Assembly: GCA_051866635.1 (NCBI GenBank)
Contig: JBJDXJ010000026.1
Coordinates: forward strand, 32,001 to 96,000
Length of the DNA: 64,000 bases
Reading direction: 5' to 3'
Origin: Clostridia bacterium
GTDB lineage: Bacteria > Bacillota > Clostridia > UMGS1883
Shown: piece by piece, positions 25,509-35,979 of the stretch
Numbering within the stretch: position 1 is the first letter of the stretch
Layout: each line of letters starts with the position of its first letter
The notes under the pieces: model-generated
What the model was told of the DNA's origin: nothing
The model's input: only the letters and a program-made list of their open reading frames with translations
The model's database searches: none
Position numbers and translations under genes: made by a program

Positions 25509-26651
25509 GTGAATTTTAAAAAGCTTGTTACGGGAATATTGGTTTCCTGTTTTTCGTTTTCTCTTCCCTTTTCCGCATTTGCACAAAGCGGTACTGTATC
25601 GGCTAACGTGTTGAATGTACGCTCTTCCTCTTCTACAGCTTCTGAAATTTTGGCAACAGTTTCAAACGGAGAAGTTGTTGAGCTTTTGAATTTCGATGGT
25701 TCCTGGTATAAAGTTCAGCTTTCAAACGGTGTCATGGGCTATGTATTAAGTGATTATATTGTTCCGGGTCCTGTTTATTACGGCGTTGTTTACGCATCGT
25801 CACTTATGGTCCGTTCCGAACCTAATGCTAATGCTGATATTATTGCAAAGTTTACAAACGGCACTACAATTGAGCTTTTAGCACTTGAAGGAGAATGGTA
25901 CAAAATCCGTATTTCCGATACACAGTACGGATATGTGTGTGCCGCATATGTTGCGACATCTACTCCTCCTGTTGCAAGTGCAACCGATAGTAGCTATGCA
26001 ACTGAAACTCAGGAAGTAACTTCAGATGCAGTTGACCCCACACAGCCTTACACAATATACGGATATGTTGATGCATCCGCTTTAAATATCCGTAAATCCA
26101 CCGGAATTTCCACAGACATAATTGCAAAGGTTCCCTGCGGTACACAGCTGGAGCTTTTGGCATATGACGGAAGCTGGTACCGTGTGAAGCTCAGCGACGG
26201 TTCCATAGGTTATGCAAGTGCCGACTACATATCATTAGAACCTGTAAGTTCAGCTACGGCACACAGCAAATCCGCAGTTTTAGGTCAAGAGATTGTACAA
26301 ACTGCTTATCAGTATCTTGGGACACCTTATGTTTATGCAACTTCAGGTCCTTCAAGCTTTGATTGCAGTGGCTTTACAATGTACGTTATGGCAATGCACG
26401 GCATAGATCTTCCCCACCATTCGGCAAGCCAGTATAATTACGGAATCAGTGTTGAGAAGGAAAACCTTATAGCAGGAGATTTGGTATTTTTCAATTCCAA
26501 CAGCCGTTCGGGAGTTGCCCATGTGGGCATTTATATAAGTGACGGCAAGTTTATTCATGCCTCCAGCGGCAGTGCGGCTTCCGTTACTATTTCTTCCCTT
26601 TCTGACAATTACTACACCACCCATTATCTTGGTGCAAGACGTGTTATCTGA
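25509..26651 (+). CDS. secreted peptidoglycan endopeptidase, 3x SH3b + NlpC/P60
   Basis: signal peptide; three LNVR...WYKV...GYV repeats; YLGTPYV, FDCSGF, HVGIY and FIHAS motifs; GTG start after AGGAGG. Confidence 0.93.
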   Translation: MNFKKLVTGILVSCFSFSLPFSAFAQSGTVSANVLNVRSSSSTASEILATVSNGEVVELLNFDGSWYKVQLSNGVMGYVLSDYIVPGPVYYGVVYASSLMVRSEPNANADIIAKFTNGTTIELLALEGEWYKIRISDTQYGYVCAAYVATSTPPVASATDSSYATETQEVTSDAVDPTQPYTIYGYVDASALNIRKSTGISTDIIAKVPCGTQLELLAYDGSWYRVKLSDGSIGYASADYISLEPVSSATAHSKSAVLGQEIVQTAYQYLGTPYVYATSGPSSFDCSGFTMYVMAMHGIDLPHHSASQYNYGISVEKENLIAGDLVFFNSNSRSGVAHVGIYISDGKFIHASSGSAASVTISSLSDNYYTTHYLGARRVI

Positions 26652-26764
26652 TTTTTTTGCAAAAAACACTTGACTTTTCAGCTATATAATGTAAAATATT
26701 CTATAGTAGAAAATGGTCTTTTTCTGTCTTATGAAGGAGGCTATTTCGCTAAGGAGAGATTTGT

Positions 26765-27307
26765 TTGAGAGTTATATCAGGCAGTGCCCGTGGCTTAAAG
26801 CTGTTAAGTTTGGAAGGTGACGATACACGTCCTACATTGGACCGTGTTAAAGAAGCTCTGTTTTCCATGCTTGCATCTTATATATATTCTGCAAAGGTTT
26901 TGGATCTCTTTGCAGGTAGCGGTGCTTTAGGTGTGGAATCATTAAGCCGTGGTGCTGATTGGGCAGTTTTCGTTGATTCAAACCCCAACGCTATGAATAT
27001 AGTAAAAGAAAATGTAAAGAAAGCCTCTTTTTCAGACAAAAGCTCGTTTTACACATTGGATGCTGAAAGCTATTTAAAAAACACAAAGGATACTTTTGAT
27101 TTAATTTTCTTAGACCCTCCCTACTTTGGGGATTTTTATGAGAAAATCTTAAATCTTATTTCAAAGTACAATGTTTTGAACAAAAACGGTATATTGTCAG
27201 TTGAATGGGACAATACTTTAGGCTCTTTGCCCGTTCCCGATTGCTTCGAGGTTTACCGTGAACGAAAATACGGACGGGTTATGCTGACACTTTTAAAACT
27301 AAAATGA
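26765..27307 (+). CDS. rsmD: 16S rRNA m2G966 methyltransferase
   Basis: RVISGSARG, TRPTLDRVKEALF, LDLFAGSG and LDPPY motifs. Confidence 0.95.
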   Translation: MRVISGSARGLKLLSLEGDDTRPTLDRVKEALFSMLASYIYSAKVLDLFAGSGALGVESLSRGADWAVFVDSNPNAMNIVKENVKKASFSDKSSFYTLDAESYLKNTKDTFDLIFLDPPYFGDFYEKILNLISKYNVLNKNGILSVEWDNTLGSLPVPDCFEVYRERKYGRVMLTLLKLK

Positions 27308-27405
27308 AATCACCAATAAATTGAACAATGTTTTCCTTTGAAAACCTGTATCAAATTATTTATAAATGCTTTTTAAATTTTCAAACATATTTAGGAGGAA
27401 TTATC

Positions 27406-27888
27406 ATGGAATTACTTGAAATACTTGACGTCTTGGAAGACAAGGTGGAATCAGCTAAAAATATTCCCATTGTAAATCGTGCGATCATCGATAAAGAAGA
27501 TCTTCTTGCTACTATTGAAGATATGCGTCTGCGTCTCCCTGAAGACCTTAAGCAGGCAAGATGGATAAAGGACGACAGAAAGAGAATCCTTGCAGAAGCT
27601 CAGGAAGAAGCTAATGCTATTATTAAACAGGGCGAAGAACAGGCTGCTCAGTTGGTTGAAGAAAATGTTATCACTAAACGTGCATATGAACAGGCTAACA
27701 GCATTATCGCTTCCGCACAGAAGAATTCCCGTGAACTTCGTCTTGGTGCAAGACAGTATATTGACAAAATCTTAGCTGACAGCGAAGCTACTCTTAACAA
27801 GAGCCAGGAAACAATCCGTGCTATGCGTGTAGAGCTCCGTCAGGACCCCTCTTCCTCAAAGGCAATTGAAAGCGGCGAACAGGAATAA
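27406..27888 (+). CDS. conserved coiled-coil protein (DivIVA/ATPase subunit H-like) normally found after rsmD-coaD
   Basis: LPEDLKQARWIKDDRKRILAEAQ motif; AGGAGG RBS. Confidence 0.8.
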   Translation: MELLEILDVLEDKVESAKNIPIVNRAIIDKEDLLATIEDMRLRLPEDLKQARWIKDDRKRILAEAQEEANAIIKQGEEQAAQLVEENVITKRAYEQANSIIASAQKNSRELRLGARQYIDKILADSEATLNKSQETIRAMRVELRQDPSSSKAIESGEQE

Positions 27889-27946
27889 AATAAAGGGCTG
27901 AGGCTTATGCCTCCGCCCTTTATCACGTAGAAAGGTAGGAAATAAA

Positions 27947-28675
27947 ATGTCAGGACATTCCAAATGGGCTAATATTAAAAATAAGAAAGGTAAGGCTGAC
28001 GCACAGCGTGCCAACCTTTTCACAAAAATCGGTCGTGAACTTGCAGTTGCAGTTCGTGCAGGCGGTCCCGACCCCGACTCTAACAGCAAACTTAAGGATG
28101 CTATCGTAAAAGCAAGGGCAAACAACATGCCTAACGACAACATTTCCCGTTGTATTGCAAAGGCAAGCGGTGAAGCCGGTGGTGCTGATTACGAAGAAAT
28201 CACATACGAAGGTTACGGTCCCCGTGGTGTTGCAGTTATTGTTGAAACACTTACAAATAACCGTAACCGTACAGCGGCAGATTTACGTCACTATTTCGAC
28301 AAATACGGCGGAAACCTTGGTCAGAACGGTTGCGTAAGCTTTATGTTTGACAAGAAGGGCGTTATTGTTATTGAAGATGATGGCGATATTGACGAAGACG
28401 AGCTTATGATGTCAGCTCTCGATGCAGGTGCAGATGATTTCACTTCCGAAGACGGATTCTTTGAAATTTTAACTGACCCCGATTCTTTCAGTGCAGTTTA
28501 TGAAGCTCTTTCCGAAGGTAAAGACTTCAACTTCGTAACAGCTGAAGTAAGAATGGTTCCTCAGACAATGGTTGAACTTACAGATGAGGAAGATTTGAAA
28601 AAGATGAACAAGCTTATTGAAATGCTTGACGACAACGATGATGTACAGAACGTATATCATAACTGGGACGAATAA
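27947..28675 (+). CDS. yebC: YebC/PmpR family protein
   Basis: MSGHSKWANIK, YEGYGP, TNNRNRT and DDVQNVYHN motifs. Confidence 0.96.
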   Translation: MSGHSKWANIKNKKGKADAQRANLFTKIGRELAVAVRAGGPDPDSNSKLKDAIVKARANNMPNDNISRCIAKASGEAGGADYEEITYEGYGPRGVAVIVETLTNNRNRTAADLRHYFDKYGGNLGQNGCVSFMFDKKGVIVIEDDGDIDEDELMMSALDAGADDFTSEDGFFEILTDPDSFSAVYEALSEGKDFNFVTAEVRMVPQTMVELTDEEDLKKMNKLIEMLDDNDDVQNVYHNWDE

Positions 28676-28685
28676 AGACTGCAAT

Positions 28686-28773
28686 AAAAAGACCCCAAAG
28701 TTTGAATTTATTCAGGCTTTGGGGTTATTTTTATATAAAGTAAAGACTGTGACATAATCTATCACAGTCTTTA
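28686..28773. terminator. two tandem hairpin terminators between convergent yebC and asnS
   Basis: GACCCCAAAG...CTTTGGGGTT and AAAGACTGTGA...TCACAGTCTTT. Confidence 0.75.
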
Positions 28774-28790
28774 CTTTATTTAGTTATTTA

Positions 28791-30179
28791 TTAGAATTCA
28801 GCATTACCAACTGTTCTGGGGTAAGGAATTACGTCACGGATGTTGTTGATACCTGTTAAGTACATTACAGCTCTTTCAAAGCCTAAGCCGTAGCCTGCAT
28901 GCTTTGTGCCGCCGTACTTACGAAGGTCAAGATACCACCAATAGTCTTCTTCCTTTAATCCCATTTCCTTCATTCTGGAAGTGAGAACATCATATCTTTC
29001 TTCTCTCTGGCTGCCGCCGATGATTTCGCCTATACCGGGAACTAAGCAGTCCATTGCCGCAACAGTCTTGCCGTCATCGTTAAGTCGCATATAGAAAGCC
29101 TTGATTTCCTTGGGGTAATCTGTTACGAATACAGGACGTTTGAACACTTCTTCTGTAAGATATCTTTCATGTTCTGTCTGTAAGTCACTGCCCCATTCAA
29201 CCTTATATTCAAACTTGTCGTTATTCTTCTTTAAAATTTCAATTGCTTCTGTATATGTTACTTTGCCGAAATCGGAGGAAGCAACGCTGATAAGTCTTTC
29301 CTTAAGTCCTGTGTCAATAAACTTGTTAAAGAAATCAATCTCTTCTTCTGCATTTTCCAAAACATAATTAATCATGTACTTGAGCATATCTTCTGCAAGT
29401 GCCATGTCATCATTTAAATCTGCAAATGCAATTTCAGGTTCAATCATCCAAAATTCAGCCGCATGTCTTGTTGTATTGGAGTTTTCAGCACGGAAAGTGG
29501 GACCGAATGTGTAAACATTTCTGAAAGCCATTGCAAATGTTTCCGCACTAAGCTGACCTGATACCGTAAGGTTTGCACTCTTACCGAAGAAATCCTGGCT
29601 GTAATCTACCTGACCGTCTGCCATAGGAATGTTTTCCATATCCATTGTAGTAACACGGAACATCTCCCCTGCACCTTCACAGTCACTTGCTGTAATTATT
29701 GGTGTATGAGCATACACAAATCCACGTTCGTTGAAGAACTTGTGTATAGCATAAGCCGCCAGACTTCTTACTCTGAAAACAGCGGAGAACATATTTGTTC
29801 TTGGTCTTAAGTGTGCAATAGTTCTTAAATATTCTGTAGTGTGACGCTTTTTCTTAAGAGGATATTCAGGTGTGGAGGCACCTTCAACTTCAATAGACTT
29901 TGCCTTGATTTCAAAGGGCTGTTTTGCCTCAGGTGTAAGAACAAGGACACCTGTTACATTCAAAGCCGCACCAACGTTCTGGGAAGCAATTTCCTTGTAG
30001 TTTCCAAGAAATTCGCTTTCAAAAACAACCTGTATGCTCTTAAAATAAGTACCGTCATTAAGTTCAATAAAACCAAACACGTTAGAGGAACGGATTGTTC
30101 TCACCCAACCTGACACCTTGATTTCCTTATCTGCATATTCTGTAGGGTTTTTAAATATATCTTTTACCAATGTTTTCAT
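28791..30179 (-). CDS. asnS: asparagine--tRNA ligase
   Basis: [31 protein letters not shown] and [10 protein letters not shown] motifs. Confidence 0.97.
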   Translation of the reverse strand: MKTLVKDIFKNPTEYADKEIKVSGWVRTIRSSNVFGFIELNDGTYFKSIQVVFESEFLGNYKEIASQNVGAALNVTGVLVLTPEAKQPFEIKAKSIEVEGASTPEYPLKKKRHTTEYLRTIAHLRPRTNMFSAVFRVRSLAAYAIHKFFNERGFVYAHTPIITASDCEGAGEMFRVTTMDMENIPMADGQVDYSQDFFGKSANLTVSGQLSAETFAMAFRNVYTFGPTFRAENSNTTRHAAEFWMIEPEIAFADLNDDMALAEDMLKYMINYVLENAEEEIDFFNKFIDTGLKERLISVASSDFGKVTYTEAIEILKKNNDKFEYKVEWGSDLQTEHERYLTEEVFKRPVFVTDYPKEIKAFYMRLNDDGKTVAAMDCLVPGIGEIIGGSQREERYDVLTSRMKEMGLKEEDYWWYLDLRKYGGTKHAGYGLGFERAVMYLTGINNIRDVIPYPRTVGNAEF

Positions 30180-30197
30180 CTTTATTTTTTCCTTTCA

Positions 30198-31205
30198 TTA
30201 CAAGAGGGTAATTCCCGCTTCCTTGCAAACTTTCAAAGTTTCTTCGTCCCATATGCTGGACTGAACTTCACCAATATGTGCACAGCCAATCAAAAGCATA
30301 CAAAGCCTACTCTGTCCGATACCGCCACCGATTGTCAAGGGCAGTTCATCATTTAAAAGCATCTTGTGGAACATAAGCTCTCTCCTGTCGTCACAATTTG
30401 CAATAGTAAGCTGTCTGTCAAGTGATTCTTTATCAACACGGATGCCCATTGAAGATACTTCAAAGGCACAATCAAGCGTATCGTTTCGGAAGAAAATATC
30501 ACCGTTTAATTCCCAATCATCATAGTCGGGTGCTCTGCCGTCATGCTTTTTGCCGCTTTTTAAAGCACCGCCGATGCCCATAATAAACACTGTTCTGTAC
30601 TTTTTGGTGATGGCATTTTCCCTTTCCTTAGATGTTAAATCAGGGTACATATCCTCAAGTTCCTGAGCTGTAATAAACTTTACATCGGGAGAAAGATTTG
30701 TGTTAAGCTGAGGAAAATGAACCTTCAAGCGGTCGTTTGTATTACAAATTGCTCTGACAATCCCCTTTACAACAAGCTTTAAATATTCTATATTTCTTGT
30801 TTCGGGAGTAATAATCTTTTCCCAGTCCCACTGGTCAACATAAATGGAATGAAGATTATCAAGCTCTTCATCACGGCGGATAGCATTCATATCTGTATAT
30901 AAACCGTTGCCGGGTTTGAAATTATACTGTTTAAGTGCCAATCTTTTCCATTTTGCAAGGGAATGTACAATCTGTGCATCCTTACCCACCGCAGGAACAT
31001 CAAAAGACACAGGTCTTTCAACACCGTTAAGGTTATCGTTAAGCCCGCTGTCCGCTGTTACAAAAAGAGGTGCGGAAACACGCTTTAAATTTAATTCATT
31101 ACAAAATTCCTTTTGAAATGTATTTTTAATGTAAGATATCGCTCTTTGAGTTTCGTAGCTATCAAGCTTCGCCTTATAGCCTTCGGGAATGTATACTTTA
31201 TTCAT
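30198..31205 (-). CDS. asnA: aspartate--ammonia ligase (asparagine synthetase A)
   Basis: VHSLAKWKR, YVDQWDWE, RAPDYDDW and TIGGGIGQSR motifs. Confidence 0.96.
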   Translation of the reverse strand: MNKVYIPEGYKAKLDSYETQRAISYIKNTFQKEFCNELNLKRVSAPLFVTADSGLNDNLNGVERPVSFDVPAVGKDAQIVHSLAKWKRLALKQYNFKPGNGLYTDMNAIRRDEELDNLHSIYVDQWDWEKIITPETRNIEYLKLVVKGIVRAICNTNDRLKVHFPQLNTNLSPDVKFITAQELEDMYPDLTSKERENAITKKYRTVFIMGIGGALKSGKKHDGRAPDYDDWELNGDIFFRNDTLDCAFEVSSMGIRVDKESLDRQLTIANCDDRRELMFHKMLLNDELPLTIGGGIGQSRLCMLLIGCAHIGEVQSSIWDEETLKVCKEAGITLL

Positions 31206-31369
31206 GCAATGCTCCCCCATAATTATATTTTATTTTAATATTATATAACAATTATATGGTAAAGTCAACCAAAACAAAAACTAAACAATGAAAAATGAAC
31301 AAACGGTCGGAAACACAATTGCCGTACTATGTACCGCTTTTGTTCCTCCGACCGTTTTTAATTTAGAGT

Positions 31370-32701
31370 TTAAGGGTTAAGTCTGTTAGGTCCGCGGAAG
31401 ATAAACATGGCATCCTTAATATGAAGACCAAGCATAAGCATTGTCAAGCGGTCAACACCGATACCAAATCCGCCGTGAGGAGGACAACCATACTTAAAAA
31501 ATTCAAGATAGAACTTAACGTCTTCATCCAAGCCCTTTTCCTTAGCCTGAGCTGAAAGAACATCATAACGGTGTTCACGCTGAGCACCTGTTGTAATTTC
31601 AACGCCTCTCCAGATAAGGTCATAACCCTGAGGAATACCATTTTCGTCACGCATATGATAAAAAGCTCTCTTTTCGGGGCCAAAGTCAGTAACAAATAAA
31701 AATTCATGACCGTACTTTTTCTGTACCCATTCAAAGCTCAGTCTTTCTGCATCTGTTGTTAAATCGTTCTTTTCCTCTTCTGGGACAGTGTAGCCGAATT
31801 CCTTTTCCAATTCGTCATACAAATCACAAAGTTTAATTACAGGGAAAGGTGTTGTTGGAACAACAACTTCAACATTAAAAAGCTCTTTAATCTTATCGCC
31901 GTAAGCATCTTTAACTTCTTTAAGCATATAAGTAAGAAGCTCTTCTTCCATCTTCATAACGTCACGGAAAGAGTCGATAAAGCTAAATTCCAAGTCAAAT
32001 CCTGTAAATTCAGTTGTGTGCTTACTTGTAAAGCTCTTTTCTGCACGGAACACGGGACCTACTTCAAAAATACGTTCAAAGCCTGCTGCCATAGCCATCT
32101 GCTTGTAGAACTGGGGACTCTGTGCAAGGTATGCAAAACGGTCAAAGTACTTAACTTCGAAAACGTCACTGCCTGACTCACTTGCTGTACCGATAAGCTT
32201 GGGAGAATGAATTTCAATAAAGTTCTTTTCAAGAAGGAACTTTCGCATTGCATTTACCATTACAGTCTGAACCTTGAACATAAGCTGATTTTCTTCTGTA
32301 CGCAAATCTATCCATCTGTAGTCAATTCTCTGGTCAATAGAGCTTCGTTCAACAGCCGCCTTTTTCTTTGTGGCAGGTATTTCCTTACGGTTGATGGGAA
32401 GTGCATCAGCAAGGGATTCAACAACAATATCCTCAGGGATAACTTCAACACCGTTTAATTTAACATATTCACTTGCTACCGCATTGCCGACAACTGTAAT
32501 AACGCTGTCAGCTGTCAAGGTTTCCACCTTGGATAAAAGTGCTTCGTTACCTTCTTTTTCAATTGTTACCTGAATAGTTCCTGTTATATCCTTAAGAATA
32601 ATAAAAACAACATATTTTGTATCTCTGATAATGTCAACAAACCCCTGGATTTTAACCTTACCGGGATTTAATATAGCATCTTTTATATATGTGCGTTCCA
32701 C
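31370..32701 (-). CDS. aspS: aspartate--tRNA ligase, archaeal/eukaryote type (no GAD insertion)
   Basis: 443 aa; YLAQSPQFYKQ, GPVFRAE, EITTGAQREH and YGCPPHGGFGIG motifs. Confidence 0.93.
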   Translation of the reverse strand: MERTYIKDAILNPGKVKIQGFVDIIRDTKYVVFIILKDITGTIQVTIEKEGNEALLSKVETLTADSVITVVGNAVASEYVKLNGVEVIPEDIVVESLADALPINRKEIPATKKKAAVERSSIDQRIDYRWIDLRTEENQLMFKVQTVMVNAMRKFLLEKNFIEIHSPKLIGTASESGSDVFEVKYFDRFAYLAQSPQFYKQMAMAAGFERIFEVGPVFRAEKSFTSKHTTEFTGFDLEFSFIDSFRDVMKMEEELLTYMLKEVKDAYGDKIKELFNVEVVVPTTPFPVIKLCDLYDELEKEFGYTVPEEEKNDLTTDAERLSFEWVQKKYGHEFLFVTDFGPEKRAFYHMRDENGIPQGYDLIWRGVEITTGAQREHRYDVLSAQAKEKGLDEDVKFYLEFFKYGCPPHGGFGIGVDRLTMLMLGLHIKDAMFIFRGPNRLNP

Positions 32702-32784
32702 TTTAACTCCTCCTTGGCATTTAATCTTAAATATTATACCATTACAATACCATTATTTCAACATAAAAATTAAAATATTTTCCT

Positions 32785-33351
32785 TTATTTTACCCTGTAA
32801 ATATAATCCTTATCGTCACGCCTTAATATTGCCGCATAGGCATACTCATAGGCAGAGAGGAGCGTTGCTATAAACTCGGGCGTTAATTCTTTTTCCTTAT
32901 TTATCAAAATATTGTACTCCACTCCGAAAACATTATACATACATCCTGTATCAATACAACCCGAACGCTTATAAAATGCAATGCGGCGTTTTCTTATAAA
33001 GTCCTCCTCGTCATTCTTTGCACTTTCAATGCTCTCGGTTTCCAGAAGTATACAGTCAAAGTTAGTTAATTTGTCAAGTTCTTTAAAGAACTCTGTTCCC
33101 ACACCTGTACCGCGACATTCTTTCACAATTGCAAAATAGTCAAGAAAACCAATTGAGTTACCGCAATCGGCAATGCAGGCATAGCCTTTTATTTCATTTT
33201 CATCATAGGCAATAAAAACATTATACCAGCCTCGTTTTACAGAATGGATAATTGCACCTAGTGGTTTTAATTCCAAAGGGGGAAAATCCTTTTTCATAAA
33301 AGTTTCATATATGTGTTCAATTTCTTTAGGTGTTGCTATTTTATAATTCAT
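32785..33351 (-). CDS. GNAT family acetyltransferase
   Basis: LDYFAI...RGTGVG acetyl-CoA motif; RRIAFYKRSG. Confidence 0.85.
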   Translation of the reverse strand: MNYKIATPKEIEHIYETFMKKDFPPLELKPLGAIIHSVKRGWYNVFIAYDENEIKGYACIADCGNSIGFLDYFAIVKECRGTGVGTEFFKELDKLTNFDCILLETESIESAKNDEEDFIRKRRIAFYKRSGCIDTGCMYNVFGVEYNILINKEKELTPEFIATLLSAYEYAYAAILRRDDKDYIYRVK

Positions 33352-33381
33352 GCTTTCACTTCCTTTAATTTTTTTGACTAT

Positions 33382-35979
33382 TCAAACTTCCACCACGATA
33401 GTGCTTGAACCGTCAGATATTCTTTTGACAACAATTTTTTTGTCAATCTTTTCCTTTAATTCACTTACATGGGATATTATTCCCACCGACCGGTTATTGT
33501 CAGAAAGGTTTGTCAAAATCTCCACAGCCTTTGACAAGTGGTTTTCGTCCAATGTTCCGAAGCCCTCGTCGATAAAAAGTGTGTCAAGGCGTATTCCGCC
33601 GCTTCTTTCCTGTATCATATCGCTAAGACCTAAAGCAAGTGACAAAGATGCCATGAACCCTTCTCCCCCTGACAGGGTTGACACATCACGTACTTTTCCT
33701 GTATTATTGTCAAACACCAATAAATCAAGTCCACCCTGACTTTTTGTACCGCCGTCGCTTTTATTTTCGAGAGCGTACCGTCCAAGGGTCATCTTAGAAA
33801 GTCTTGCATTTGCCTTTTGTACAATCTTATTAAAATAATACTGCTGAATATACGCCTCAAAGGTTATTTTATTGCCTGAAATTTTTCCGTTTGCAGTATC
33901 GGACAATTCCTTTAACATAATGTATGTTTTTTCTGCTTCATCACTTTTCTTAAAGAGATATTTAAGGTTGTCATACACATTTCTGTTATTTGCAAGTCTT
34001 AGATTAATTTTGTCACGAAGGGCAGTCTGTTCAGCCTTTAATTGTGTTACTTTGTTTTCTTCCTCAATCAAAAGAGATGTGTCCTCCGCTTCTTTGCCTT
34101 GGGCGTTTTGTTCATTTTCCGAAAGTGCCGCTTCCTTTTCATTAAGAAGTTTTTCAAAGGCATCTATTTCTGTCTTTAACCTGTTAAGCTCTTTTTCTTC
34201 AAGGATTTTTTCTTTAAATTCCGCATCATTTTTAAAGCCTTCCAAAAGGAGTGCTTTTTTAAATTCCGAAAGCGTATTTTCTGTCAAAGCCTTTTCTTCC
34301 GCTTCTGAATTAATAAGTGTTTCCCTTTGTCCCAAAAGGTTTGCAACAGTTGTTCTTGAGGTATCTGCCTTTTCTTTTGCCTTTAGGGTTTTTTCTTCAT
34401 TTTCCCGTGCGGTTTTACTTTTTATTTTAAGAATTTCATTGCAGATATCGTATGCTTTTTTGCAATCTGAAAAATCAATTTTACTGTCTGTGAGTTTCTT
34501 TTCAATTACTTCACATTCGCCCTTTAATTTGTTTAAAGTCTCGGCTTTTTTATGTAGTGTATTCATAGCTTTTTCAGTAGCCTTTTCCGCTTTTTCAAGT
34601 GTTTCACGACTTACATCTTCACCTGAAATTTCAGCAGGAGAAGGGTGATTTAGAGAACCGCAAACAGGACAAGGCGTATTATCTTTAAGCCCTTTTGCAA
34701 TAATTCCCGATAAGTTGTCAAAATACTGTATTTTAATACTATTATATTCCAAGCTAAGATTATTATATTCTTCCCTTGCAACCATATATGCTTTTTCATT
34801 TAAGGCTTTTTCCCGTGCCTTTTTTGCATATAACTCAATATCCTTCATAGTATTTGACAATTGGGTTATTTCTTTTTTAAGGTTTTCTGTTTCCTGTGCT
34901 TTTCCCATCATGAGGGAATATTCAATATTGCATTTTTCAAGCTTTTCTTTTTCTAAGGAGAGTTTTTCTTCATTTAATTCTATGGCAGAAACTGTCATAT
35001 TGTGCTTTTTTTCCGCACTTATGTATCTGTCATAAAAAACTTTTACCCTTAGTGCCTTTTCTCCCATTTTTAGTTTTTCCTTATTTTTTATAATTTCATC
35101 TTTCTTCAGATTAAGACTCTTTACCTCACTTCTCAGTTTTTCAACACGTTTTAAAAGCATTTGTACTTCATTTGCATTTTGTATTCTAAGGTGCAAATCT
35201 TTAAGAATTGTTTCGCTTTCTTCAATTTTCTTTTCTGTTTCAGAAAGGTTCTTTATATCCTCCGTATTAAGTTTTTCAAGAAGATTAATCACCTTTTCCC
35301 CATCATAAATATTTGCTTCAATATCTTCATCGCTTTTAATATTTCCCATAAGATCGTTTATCTTTTCATGTATATAACGCCTTTCGTTTTCTGCATCGGT
35401 GAATTTTTCCCACAATCTTTTTCCAAACTCTTCATAAAGGGATGTGTCAAATATTTTCCTGAAAAGCTCGGAACGGTCCTTGCTTTTTTCGGATAGTATT
35501 TTTCTGAAATCACCTTGTGCAATCATGGCAATCTGTGAAAAACGGGACTGGTCAACACCTAATATTTCAACGATTTTTTCCGTTACAGTGTCAACCCCTG
35601 TGTAAACATATCCATCCGGCATAACAAGAGAAGCATCGGCAGTTTCTTTAGTCTGACCGCTTCCGTGCTTTTTATCTCTTACATATTCAGGGGTTCTTTC
35701 AACCTTATAAATTTCATTTTGGTACATAAATTCATAATTGACAAAAGTCTTTGTATCACCGGTGGCAAAATCACTTCGCAAAGTCTTTGTGCTTTTCCTA
35801 TCCTTGCCGCCGCTGACCGTTCCGAAAAGGGCAAAACTTATTGCATCAAAAATAGTTGTCTTACCTGATCCCGTATCCCCTGTTATTAAAAAGAGTCCAC
35901 CGTTCAATTTTGAAAAATCAATCTCGGTGCATTTTGCAAACGGGCCAAATGCCTGCATCTTTAAATATAAAGGTTTCAT
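33382..35979 (-). CDS. sbcC: SbcC/Rad50 family SMC-like nuclease subunit
   Basis: GDTGSGKT, CPVCGS zinc hook, LSGGE and FIDEGFG motifs. Confidence 0.95.
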   Translation of the reverse strand: MKPLYLKMQAFGPFAKCTEIDFSKLNGGLFLITGDTGSGKTTIFDAISFALFGTVSGGKDRKSTKTLRSDFATGDTKTFVNYEFMYQNEIYKVERTPEYVRDKKHGSGQTKETADASLVMPDGYVYTGVDTVTEKIVEILGVDQSRFSQIAMIAQGDFRKILSEKSKDRSELFRKIFDTSLYEEFGKRLWEKFTDAENERRYIHEKINDLMGNIKSDEDIEANIYDGEKVINLLEKLNTEDIKNLSETEKKIEESETILKDLHLRIQNANEVQMLLKRVEKLRSEVKSLNLKKDEIIKNKEKLKMGEKALRVKVFYDRYISAEKKHNMTVSAIELNEEKLSLEKEKLEKCNIEYSLMMGKAQETENLKKEITQLSNTMKDIELYAKKAREKALNEKAYMVAREEYNNLSLEYNSIKIQYFDNLSGIIAKGLKDNTPCPVCGSLNHPSPAEISGEDVSRETLEKAEKATEKAMNTLHKKAETLNKLKGECEVIEKKLTDSKIDFSDCKKAYDICNEILKIKSKTARENEEKTLKAKEKADTSRTTVANLLGQRETLINSEAEEKALTENTLSEFKKALLLEGFKNDAEFKEKILEEKELNRLKTEIDAFEKLLNEKEAALSENEQNAQGKEAEDTSLLIEEENKVTQLKAEQTALRDKINLRLANNRNVYDNLKYLFKKSDEAEKTYIMLKELSDTANGKISGNKITFEAYIQQYYFNKIVQKANARLSKMTLGRYALENKSDGGTKSQGGLDLLVFDNNTGKVRDVSTLSGGEGFMASLSLALGLSDMIQERSGGIRLDTLFIDEGFGTLDENHLSKAVEILTNLSDNNRSVGIISHVSELKEKIDKKIVVKRISDGSSTIVVEV

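Noticed and set aside
31206-31369. T-box leader for asnA-asnS or aspS
   Set aside because: No T-box consensus is visible, the intergenic regions are short, and the hairpin here fits a plain aspS terminator.
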